DNA of 64,000 bases. It comes from Kiritimatiellia bacterium. Its GTDB lineage: Bacteria; Verrucomicrobiota; Kiritimatiellia; JAAZAB01. Position numbers and translations under genes: made by a program. Location: positions 7,216 through 71,215 of the forward strand of contig JAQUQV010000001.1 in assembly GCA_028715905.1 (NCBI GenBank), read 5' to 3'. Shown piece after piece: positions 28,002-35,955 of this stretch; position 1 is the stretch's first letter; every line of letters begins with the position of its first letter. The notes under the pieces are model-generated. The model saw only the letters and a list, made by a program, of their open reading frames with translations, was not told the origin of the DNA and did not search any database.

Positions 28002-29963
28002 TTACGGAACGAACGGGAACGGCCCCTGGGGCGCGTACCCATGGGAAGACATCAAGAATATCCAATTGTTGTTGACCACCACGGCCGGGTCGGCCGAGCC
28101 GTCGCCGTCAAAATCACCAACCATCGGAGCGCCTTCAACATTGAATTTCCACGGCCCGCCGGCCAGCTGGTAACCGGCGCTGCTGAAATAAATATACCAC
28201 AATCCGCCATTGGCGGACACCACGGCCGGATCGGCCGAGCCGTCGCCGTCAAAATCGCCGGCTACCGGCGTACCTTCCACGCCCAAGTTAAACGGCCCGC
28301 CGCCCAATTGATACCCCAGGCTGGAGAACCGGATGTACCAAAGGGGGCCAACCACCACGGCCGGATCGGCGGAACCATCGTTGTCAAAATCGCCGGCTAC
28401 CGGCGTACCTTCCACGCCCAAGTTAAACGGCCCGCCGCCCAATTGATACCCCAGGCTGGAAAACCAGATGTACCAAAGGGGGCCAACCACCACGGCCGGA
28501 TCGGCGGAACCATCGTTGTCAAAGTCGGCCGCCACGGACATGCCCTCCATGCCGAAGTTAAACGGCCCGCCGGCCAACTGGTAGCCGGCGCTGGAAAACC
28601 AGATATACCAATTACTGCCAATCACCGTGTATGGATCGGCCGCGCCGTCATTGTCAAAATCGCCTTCCACGGCCGAGGCGCTGGTCTTCATGCCCATCAT
28701 ACCGGCGACGCCGCTGTGAAATTCAAAATCAAAGCGCATTTCAAATCCGGCTTCGCCGACGCCGTCGCCGTCGTAATCATAGAGAACATTGGTGCCGCCT
28801 TCTATGCGCGTAAAACTGGCGGTAACCTGCACGGGCGAGTCCAGCGGAACATTGTTCGTGTCAAAATGCTGGACAAAGCCGGCCAGCATATTGGTGGCGT
28901 CATAAACGTTGGTAAACCCCTGGCTGATCAGGAACGCATCCGAGAGGAACATTTTCAAATAACTTTCCGTGGCGGTATGCCCTTTGACATACAATCCCAG
29001 GCGTCCGTCGGCGTTCTCGCCGACACTCTCCGCCTGGCTCATGGTGCTGGTGGGGCCAACATCCATGTAATGGGCGGTGGTGCACATAATAGTGCCTTCG
29101 GGCATTTCCTCGTCTTCCGCGAAAAGCGGCGCGAACCCGACATGGGAATTAAGGTTGGTGGAATAAGAACTGCGCCATGGGCTGCAACTGGTGATATCAA
29201 TTTCCAAACGCCCGGCCCCGGACGGATTGGCGGCATCATCGGGCATCCAGATCCAGCGTTTGATCTCGCCCATGCCCATGAAACCGCGCGGACGCGCGTG
29301 CAGGCTCACGTTAAAACGATAATGAGTGCCGGACGGTTGGTAGCGGGCGGTGTCGGTATAGGCGATGTCCTCCTCTTCGGGAGTCATTTCCCCCGTAATA
29401 TTGGTAACATTGAGCAGGTTGCATCCGATGCTCCCGACGCCTGAAGGATCCATGTTCAGGCCAATGTCGTGCAATTTAACCTTGGCAAGACTAACGTCCA
29501 CCCATGTGCCATCAGGGTCATAATCCGCAACTGAAATTTCATCGGAAAGATACTTGATGCTGTTCACCTTTCCCGAAACGGCGCGCGTTACGGTTACGGT
29601 TACCGAAGCGGTGGCCGTTTGCGGCCCATACATTTTTGAAAGCGCCATGGGCACGTCCACGGCGGTAATATCAACTTTAAACACGCCGGTAAAATAAGGG
29701 TTCCAATTGCTGTCGCTCCATTTGCCCTCCACCACATCGCTCGGATAAAAATAGCGCCGGTTAAGACCGTCGGCCGAGGTGGCCTGAAAATGCGCGAAAG
29801 TGTAACCGGTCCCGTTATTGACATCAGCGCTGACGGTGATATTACCGGACGCGCTGTCCGCCCCGGAAACGACAATGTTTTCAATGGTCAATGCGGGTAC
29901 AGCGCGGAGGTTTACGACGGCAAACGCAAAAAAAACAGCCAGCGACATCAATGCATTTTTCAT
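28002..29963 (-). CDS. secreted hypothetical protein with C-terminal five-blade FG-GAP/VCBS-like module
   Basis: 653 aa. It has a signal-peptide-like N-terminus (MKNALMSLAVFFAFAVVNLRA), about 430 aa of unassigned beta-rich sequence, then the repeat module. Confidence 0.75.
   Translation of the reverse strand: MKNALMSLAVFFAFAVVNLRAVPALTIENIVVSGADSASGNITVSADVNNGTGYTFAHFQATSADGLNRRYFYPSDVVEGKWSDSNWNPYFTGVFKVDITAVDVPMALSKMYGPQTATASVTVTVTRAVSGKVNSIKYLSDEISVADYDPDGTWVDVSLAKVKLHDIGLNMDPSGVGSIGCNLLNVTNITGEMTPEEEDIAYTDTARYQPSGTHYRFNVSLHARPRGFMGMGEIKRWIWMPDDAANPSGAGRLEIDITSCSPWRSSYSTNLNSHVGFAPLFAEDEEMPEGTIMCTTAHYMDVGPTSTMSQAESVGENADGRLGLYVKGHTATESYLKMFLSDAFLISQGFTNVYDATNMLAGFVQHFDTNNVPLDSPVQVTASFTRIEGGTNVLYDYDGDGVGEAGFEMRFDFEFHSGVAGMMGMKTSASAVEGDFDNDGAADPYTVIGSNWYIWFSSAGYQLAGGPFNFGMEGMSVAADFDNDGSADPAVVVGPLWYIWFSSLGYQLGGGPFNLGVEGTPVAGDFDNDGSADPAVVVGPLWYIRFSSLGYQLGGGPFNLGVEGTPVAGDFDGDGSADPAVVSANGGLWYIYFSSAGYQLAGGPWKFNVEGAPMVGDFDGDGSADPAVVVNNNWIFLMSSHGYAPQGPFPFVP
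28005..28670 (-). repeat. coding repeat: 5 x ~45-aa FG-GAP/VCBS-like blades (module copy 2, different register)
   Basis: It starts at GDFDNDGAADP and ends at GPFPFVP. It contains a 2 x 135-bp tandem duplication (28248-28382 / 28383-28517) that is 133/135 identical. Confidence 0.8.
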
Positions 29964-30074
29964 TTGTCCCCTTCTTGATTCTCGTTTATATTACTCGCTA
30001 CTCGCATATTTTTACAATTCAATTGAAATATTATCAAAAACAGTTTTCAAGTCAATATTTTATTTTTCCCGGGT

Positions 30075-30221
30075 GTAACCCCTCAGTTATGTGGGTGGAT
30101 GGCAATTCAATTGGCCAGTCTTCGTAGGGGCCGCGCTTGTCGCGCGCCCGTCTTTATTGAAGAGGACTTCGCAAGCGAAGCCCCTACGGTTTCTCTCTCC
30201 CCCTCAAAACTGAGGCCTTAC
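30075..30221. mobile_element. MITE copy B (uninterrupted 147 bp)
   Basis: It has the same TIRs as copy A. It is flanked by the 8-bp duplication TCCCGGGT (30067-30074 and 30222-30229). It ends 38 nt upstream of the peptidase ATG. Confidence 0.85.
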
Positions 30222-30259
30222 TCCCGGGTTTAAATCCCTGCTTCATCGCGGCGCCATAC

Positions 30260-31372
30260 ATGAAAAAAACAATTTTAATCGCCGGCTCGCCCGCCAAACA
30301 TCCGGATTTGCGCCATGCGACCGGTTTTTTTTCCCTTGACCCGGTTATTTTTCTGCAAGCCGGCCGGAAACGGTGCCTGGCCGTTTCCCCGCTTGATTTC
30401 AGCCATGTCAGGCGGACCGTCAAAAACATGGAAGTGTTGTCATTCGCGGACCTGCCGGCGGCGAAAGAATCAAAATCTCCGTTCTGCGGCCGGATATTTT
30501 GCCTCTTGAGGAAAAAAAACATCCGCGCGGTAACCGTCCCCTCTTATTTCCCGATCGGATTGGCCGAACAGCTGGCGGGCATGGGCGTCAAAATATCAGT
30601 GGCCGACGGCAGAATTTTCCCGGCGCGCGAGACTAAAAACGCGCGGGAGATAAACCATATCACCTGCGCCCAGCGCGTCGCCATAAAAGCGATGGAGGCG
30701 GCCATCGGCCTGATCGCCGGAGCAAAAATCGCGCGCGACCGCTCCCTGCGAATCGGCAACAAACCGTTAACGTCCGAAGCGGTGCGCGCCAGAATAGACG
30801 ATATCGCGCGCGGTTCCGGCTGCGTATGTTACGGCACAATTGTGGCCGGCGGACGCCAGGCGGCCAATCCGCACGAAACCGGATGGGGAACGCTCCGGGC
30901 CGGCGAGCCGATCGTGATTGACATCTTCCCGCAGCACATCGCCAGCGGCTACTGGGGCGACCTGACCAGAACCATCGTCCGCGGAAAACCGACGCCGGAA
31001 ATGAAACGAATGTATGCGGCTGTCCGGGACGCGCAAAAGGCGGCCATTTTAAAGATAAAGGCCGGAGTTCCGGCCGAAAAAATCCACAACGCCGCCGTTG
31101 ACTTGTTCAAAAAACGCGGATTTTTTACCGGCCTGCAAAAAGGCAAACAAGTTGGTTTCATCCACGGCATCGGCCACGGGGTCGGACTTGAAATCCACGA
31201 AAATCCTTCCGTCGGACCGCGGACGGTAAAACTCAAAGCGGGCAACGTCATCACGATTGAACCCGGACTTTATTATCCCGACCGCGGAAGCATCAGAATT
31301 GAAGACGTTGTCCTGGTTACCCGTGCCGGCGCGCGCATTCTCGCGCCTTTCGGCGGCCGATTTATAATCTGA
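30260..31372 (+). CDS. M24-family Xaa-Pro peptidase
   Basis: 370 aa. It has the creatinase/prolidase N-domain and the pita-bread metal ligands (DIFPQ..GYWGDLTRT, HGIGHGVGLEIHE, EPGLY, IRIEDVV). Confidence 0.8.
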   Translation: MKKTILIAGSPAKHPDLRHATGFFSLDPVIFLQAGRKRCLAVSPLDFSHVRRTVKNMEVLSFADLPAAKESKSPFCGRIFCLLRKKNIRAVTVPSYFPIGLAEQLAGMGVKISVADGRIFPARETKNAREINHITCAQRVAIKAMEAAIGLIAGAKIARDRSLRIGNKPLTSEAVRARIDDIARGSGCVCYGTIVAGGRQAANPHETGWGTLRAGEPIVIDIFPQHIASGYWGDLTRTIVRGKPTPEMKRMYAAVRDAQKAAILKIKAGVPAEKIHNAAVDLFKKRGFFTGLQKGKQVGFIHGIGHGVGLEIHENPSVGPRTVKLKAGNVITIEPGLYYPDRGSIRIEDVVLVTRAGARILAPFGGRFII

Positions 31373-31453
31373 CTTTACCGCCGTCCCATAAAGGGCGGCA
31401 AAACACTGGCGGCATCCTGCGGGATGCCAATGATTCAGAAGGGAGCGGACTGA

Positions 31454-32716
31454 ATGAAAATACTCATCATCGGCGGCGGCGGCCGCGAACACGCGCTGGC
31501 CTGGAAAATCGCCGGGGATGATCCCGGCGCGGAGCTTTTTATCGCGCCCGGCAACGCCGGCACCGCCATGCTTGGAACCAATCTGCCTGTCCAGGCCGAA
31601 GACATCGCCGGCATCATCAGCTGGGCAAAAAAAGAAAAACCGGATTTGACCATCGTCGGCCCGGAAGCGCCGCTCTGCGCAGGCATTACCAACCTGATGC
31701 AGGCGGAAGGTTTGCGCGTGTTCGGACCTTCAAAGGAAGCGGCCAGGCTTGAAGGCAGCAAGATTTTCGCCAAGGAAATTTTACGCGCCGCCAACGTGCC
31801 GACGGCCGCCGCCGAATTTTTCACCGAAGAATCAAAAGCGCTGGCTTACCTGAAAACGCGCCCCCTGCCCCTCGTGGTCAAGGCCGACGGCCTCGCCGCC
31901 GGCAAGGGCGTCATGATCTGCAAAACCCTTCCGGAAGCCGAACGGGCCGTTCAGGAAACCCTGACCGCAAAGACTTTCGGGCAGGCCGGCGAAAAAATAC
32001 TGATTGAGGAATGCCTGGCCGGCGAGGAGATTTCCGTGCTCGCTTTTGTTGACGGGCATAAGGCCGTGCTCCTGCCGACGGCGCGCGACCACAAGCGCGT
32101 TTTTGAGAACGACCAGGGCCCGAACACCGGCGGCATGGGCGCTTATTCGCCGGCCCCGGTTGAAAACGCCGTTTTTATGGAAACGGCGCGAAAAATAATT
32201 TTTGAGCCGGTCATTGCGGAGCTGGACCGGCGCGGGATTTGCTATCGCGGGGTGCTTTACGCCGGATTGATGCTCACGGCGGAAGGGCCGAAAGTGCTTG
32301 AATTCAACTGCCGTTTCGGCGACCCGGAAACGCAGGTGATTCTGCCGCGCCTGCAAAATTCCCTGATCCCGGCCTTTACGGCCTGCATTGAGGGAAAACT
32401 GCGTCCGGAACATGCCGCCGCTCGTCTTGAAAACTGCGCCTGCGTAGTCATGGCGGCCGGCGGGTATCCCGGCAAATATCGGAAAGGAGACGTCATTACC
32501 GGGCTGGAGAGAGCCGCAAAACTTGAGGGCGTCACGGTCTTCCACGCCGGCACAAAATCGGAAGGGGAAAAAATTGTTACCGCCGGCGGCCGGGTGCTGG
32601 GCGTCACGGCGCTGGGCCGGGACATTTCCGGGGCCGTGAAAAAAGCCTACCAGGCCGCCGGCCGGATTAAATTCAAGAATGCCCATTACCGGCGCGACAT
32701 TGCCGCGCGCCAATGA
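31454..32716 (+). CDS. purD: phosphoribosylamine--glycine ligase
   Basis: 420 aa. It has MKILIIGGGGREHALAWKI and an ATP-grasp core. Confidence 0.9.
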   Translation: MKILIIGGGGREHALAWKIAGDDPGAELFIAPGNAGTAMLGTNLPVQAEDIAGIISWAKKEKPDLTIVGPEAPLCAGITNLMQAEGLRVFGPSKEAARLEGSKIFAKEILRAANVPTAAAEFFTEESKALAYLKTRPLPLVVKADGLAAGKGVMICKTLPEAERAVQETLTAKTFGQAGEKILIEECLAGEEISVLAFVDGHKAVLLPTARDHKRVFENDQGPNTGGMGAYSPAPVENAVFMETARKIIFEPVIAELDRRGICYRGVLYAGLMLTAEGPKVLEFNCRFGDPETQVILPRLQNSLIPAFTACIEGKLRPEHAAARLENCACVVMAAGGYPGKYRKGDVITGLERAAKLEGVTVFHAGTKSEGEKIVTAGGRVLGVTALGRDISGAVKKAYQAAGRIKFKNAHYRRDIAARQ

Positions 32717-32840
32717 CAAAATTTTCACGCCGCACAGCGGCATGACGCAGCGCATCCCGCGCCGGACGCCGATTACGGTTGACACCGCCAGTCCCGCATA
32801 TTATTTTTCTTGTCGTTGACGAACGGAATATAAAAACCCC

Positions 32841-33398
32841 ATGCCGGAAAACAATACAAGAGAAGATGTGGTCGGCGTAGTCATGGGCAGCGACTCGGAC
32901 TGGCCGCTGATGGAAGGCGTTGTCAGAACCCTGCGCGACTTCGGAGTGGCCGCTGAAACACGGATCATTTCAGCGCACCGCGCTCCGGCCAGCGCCGCGC
33001 AGTACGCAAAGTCGGCCGAGCGGCGCGGCCTGAAAATAATCATTGCCGCCGCGGGCGGCGCGGCGCATCTGGCCGGCACGTTTGCCGCGCACTCCATCCT
33101 GCCCGTAATCGGCATCCCGGTCAAAGGCGGCGCATTCGCGGGAATGGACGCATTGCTTTCAACGGTGCAGATGCCCTCCGGCGTGCCGGTGGCCACGGTG
33201 GCCGTCGGCCCCTCCGGCCCGGTCAATGCGGCCCTGCTGGCCATCCAGATTCTGGCCCTGCAAAACCGCGCCCTGGCGCGCAAGCTACACCAATACAAGC
33301 GCGATCTTTCTAAAAAAGTAATGAAAAGCAACCGGAAAATCCAGTCCTCTCTGCCGGAGAACATGCGGCGGAAAGGCGCAAAGCGAAAAAAACAATGA
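32841..33398 (+). CDS. purE: N5-carboxyaminoimidazole ribonucleotide mutase (class I PurE)
   Basis: 185 aa. It has GSDSDW, SAHR and AAGGAAHLAG (class I type), plus a basic C-terminal tail. Confidence 0.85.
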   Translation: MPENNTREDVVGVVMGSDSDWPLMEGVVRTLRDFGVAAETRIISAHRAPASAAQYAKSAERRGLKIIIAAAGGAAHLAGTFAAHSILPVIGIPVKGGAFAGMDALLSTVQMPSGVPVATVAVGPSGPVNAALLAIQILALQNRALARKLHQYKRDLSKKVMKSNRKIQSSLPENMRRKGAKRKKQ

Positions 33399-34678
33399 AC
33401 ACCATGAAAACAGGAAAATCATTCCTTATCGTTACCGGAGCGCTGGCTGTGTTTTTATCCTGCCGGCCATTTCCTTCATTTGCGGCGGCTGGCCAGTCGG
33501 AAACCATCGCCGGGATTATACGCGAGGTAACCGAGCTCGGCGATATTCTGCGGGAAAAACACGCCGTGTTTGAGCCGGCGGCCATAAGCACAAACATCAC
33601 CGCGGCCATCGTCAAGGCGATAGACCCGCACGGCGAAGTGCTGACCAAAGAACAGGCCGAACGCCGCGCCGAGGAATTGCGCGGGATTTTCTACGGCCTG
33701 GGAATCAAAATCACGCTCAAGGAAAAACGGCCGGTCGTCATGGAAATTGTCCGGGGCGGCCCCGCGGAAGCGGCCGGACTGAAAACCGGCGAAATTATTG
33801 AAAAAATAGACGGCCGGGAAACAGAAGGCATGTCCATTGAGGAAGCGACGGCAAAACTGCGCGGAGCCAAGGGCGAAACCGTCCTGCTCACAATCCGCGC
33901 CGGCGAAAAAAAACAGGAAACGCGGGAATGCGAGCTGAAACGTTCCCTGATCCAGATGCCGGTTACCGGTCTCGCCGAGGAATGGCCGCACCAGATCGGA
34001 TATCTCAAGGTAAACGGACTTTATGAAAATTCCGGCCTCCAGATTGCCACCCAGCTGGTCGCGTGGGCGGAAACAAACCGCACGGGCATTATCCTTGACC
34101 TGCGCGACGCAAACGGCGGCGATTTGCAATCCGCGGCGGATGTGGCCGGAATTTTCCGGCCGGCCGGCGCGGCCGTCATGAATACCCGCGACGGAGCCGG
34201 CGCGGCGGACGCCTCCTATCAGGGCCAAGCCGCCAAAACAATGATCAAGACGCCTTTGATGGTTTTGATCAACCAGAATACCTGCGGCGCGGCCGAGGCG
34301 CTGGCCGCTGCGCTCGGAACATGCCAGGGGAGTTTAATTATCGGAACTCCGAGCAGGGGCGATGACCGCATCCGCGAGTTCATTCAGCTTGCGGACGGGC
34401 GCACAGTGCATCTTGCCACGCGCCGGATAGAAATTAAAAACAGCGTTTCCTACTACGGAACCGGAATAAGCCCGCATGTACCCGTGCTCCTGACAAATGA
34501 AGAAACGCCCGCGGACGGCGAAGCCGCCGGCAATGGAAACCATGATCCTTTCGTCAACCTCTCCGAGCAGGAAAAAATCAACCGCGCCCTGCTCCGCCGG
34601 ACACAAAACGACGCCGTTCTCCAGAAAGCCGCCGATATTCTGCTGGGGCTGAAAGCCCTAAACATCAAAGGGCGGTGA
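33395..34678 (+). CDS. S41 (C-terminal processing peptidase)-like protein, probably non-catalytic
   Basis: 427 aa. It has a signal peptide, a PDZ domain (GLGIKI...GGPAEAAGLKTGEII) and an S41 DLRDANGG motif. The Ser and Lys dyad positions read Gly and Asp. An ATGA overlap links it to purE. Confidence 0.7.
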   Translation: MNTMKTGKSFLIVTGALAVFLSCRPFPSFAAAGQSETIAGIIREVTELGDILREKHAVFEPAAISTNITAAIVKAIDPHGEVLTKEQAERRAEELRGIFYGLGIKITLKEKRPVVMEIVRGGPAEAAGLKTGEIIEKIDGRETEGMSIEEATAKLRGAKGETVLLTIRAGEKKQETRECELKRSLIQMPVTGLAEEWPHQIGYLKVNGLYENSGLQIATQLVAWAETNRTGIILDLRDANGGDLQSAADVAGIFRPAGAAVMNTRDGAGAADASYQGQAAKTMIKTPLMVLINQNTCGAAEALAAALGTCQGSLIIGTPSRGDDRIREFIQLADGRTVHLATRRIEIKNSVSYYGTGISPHVPVLLTNEETPADGEAAGNGNHDPFVNLSEQEKINRALLRRTQNDAVLQKAADILLGLKALNIKGR

Positions 34679-34721
34679 ATAGAACTCGCATGAGTCAATC
34701 GCAAAAGCCAGGAAAAGATTA

Positions 34722-34808
34722 TCTCTCACAGAGACCACAGAGTTCACAGAGAGGGCGAGAATTGAGCAGAGATGGCCTATATTCTCTCTCTGTGATCTCC
34801 GTGAACTC
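34722..34808. repeat. imperfect palindrome built from CACAGAGA-type motifs
   Basis: The left arm is TCTCACAGAGACCACAGAGTTCACAGAGAG and the right arm is CTCTCTCTGTGATCTCCGTGAACTC. It lies between the S41-like gene and the tsaC fusion gene. Confidence 0.55.
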
Positions 34809-34840
34809 AAGCGAGCTTTGAAAGCGGGTGAGAAACGGTT

Positions 34841-35944
34841 TTGAAATTAACGCGCATATTGAAGTTGTTGTCCGTAGGAGCCGTTGATCAAAAAATCAGC
34901 GCCGAGACGGCGGCCGTCCTGAAGCGGGGCGGAGTGGTGATTATCCCCACCGATACCGTCTACGGCGTGGCCGCCGGTCTGCAGAACGCGAAAGGCATTG
35001 AGATGCTGCAGCGGATTAAGAATCGGCCGGCCGGCAAGCCGATTCCGATCCTGGCCGCCGACCGCGCGTCAATTGCGAAGCTAAACGCCCGGTTCGGCGC
35101 AATCGGCGAAAAGCTCGCCCGTGATTTCTGGCCCGGACCTTTGACGCTGGTCGTGGCGGCCGGCGGGACATGGGAAGGATTCCGCATTCCCGCCCATCCG
35201 CTTGCCCGGGCAATCATCAAGGCCGCCGGGGGCCTCTTGCGGGTAACCAGCGCCAATATGAGCGGCCACGAGCCGGCGCGAACAGCCGCCGAAGCCATCC
35301 GGCAACTGCGGGGAAAAGCGGACCTGGCGGTTGATGCCGGTCCTTCCCCCGCCGGAAAACCAAGCACCGTTGTTAAAATAGAAAATGAAAGAATCATTAT
35401 TCTGCGGGAAGGCGCAATCCCGGGCGAAACAATTTACAACAGCGCCCATCGTCCGGCTTGCAAGAAAACCATTCTTTTTGTCTGCACGGGCAACATCTGC
35501 CGCAGCCCCATGGCGGAATACATGTTGCGCAGCCGGCTGGAGCCGGGTTCGCCATGGATTGTGCGCTCCGCCGGGCTGGCGGCCATAGACGGCCTTCCGG
35601 CGAGCGAGACGGCGGTAACCGCCATGAAAGAAACCGGCCTTGACGCAAGGCCGCACCGCAGCCAAGGGCTCACGCGTGAACTTGTTGACGCCGCCATCAT
35701 AATTCTGGTAATGACTGAAAGCCAGGCCATGGAGTTGAAAAAACGTTTTCCGGCGGCGCGCGACCGGGTGCATTTGCTCGGCGCATTCCGCCCCCCCGCG
35801 CACGGAACTACCGGAGACGTCCCGGATCCGGTCGGCGGGAGTCTTGAAGTTTACCGCCGGACGCGCGACAATATCGCCGGCTGCCTGGCGGACCTGACGG
35901 AATACCTGAAAAATTATTGTAAAAAACAACCGTGTCCAATTTGA
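34841..35944 (+). CDS. fusion: L-threonylcarbamoyladenylate synthase (TsaC/YrdC domain) + low-molecular-weight protein tyrosine/arginine phosphatase
   Basis: Single 367-aa ORF with a TTG start. The YrdC motifs are [14 protein letters not shown] and LRVTSAN. Then comes the LMW-PTP P-loop [16 protein letters not shown] with a DP loop (GDVPDPVGG). Confidence 0.8.
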   Translation: MKLTRILKLLSVGAVDQKISAETAAVLKRGGVVIIPTDTVYGVAAGLQNAKGIEMLQRIKNRPAGKPIPILAADRASIAKLNARFGAIGEKLARDFWPGPLTLVVAAGGTWEGFRIPAHPLARAIIKAAGGLLRVTSANMSGHEPARTAAEAIRQLRGKADLAVDAGPSPAGKPSTVVKIENERIIILREGAIPGETIYNSAHRPACKKTILFVCTGNICRSPMAEYMLRSRLEPGSPWIVRSAGLAAIDGLPASETAVTAMKETGLDARPHRSQGLTRELVDAAIIILVMTESQAMELKKRFPAARDRVHLLGAFRPPAHGTTGDVPDPVGGSLEVYRRTRDNIAGCLADLTEYLKNYCKKQPCPI

Positions 35945-35955
35945 AAGGAAAAGAC

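Noticed and set aside
28041-29444. Long antisense ORFs opposite confidently assigned genes. Examples: 28041..29444, 43042..44685, 55629..56645, 14516..15373, 16486..17346, 13336..14175, 35081..35929, 36487..37296, 31832..32785, 39752..40642, 46557..47447, 52188..53036, 10592..11272
   Set aside because: These are typical high-GC shadow ORFs. Their translations are Arg/Gly/Pro/Ala-rich with no motifs. The opposite strand carries unmistakable family signatures (subtilase triad, Pst permeases, ArnB, Dus, SHMT, PurD, PilT, GatB, HK, UXS).
30184-30522. 112-aa minus-strand ORF ending in ...KASVLRGREKP
   Set aside because: Its C-terminus is simply the MITE read in the same frame that terminates coaC in copy A. 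The rest is antisense to the peptidase gene.
31373-31453. Possible ZTP/purine-type riboswitch upstream of purD (also considered upstream of purN at 59803-59986)
   Set aside because: Only two generic hairpins are present (GCCGTCCC..GGGCGGC and GGCATCC-TGCG-GGATGCC) plus an ACTGGCG fragment. The conserved ZTP 3' sub-domain (CCGCCTGGGC-type) and its pseudoknot partner are absent or in the wrong order.
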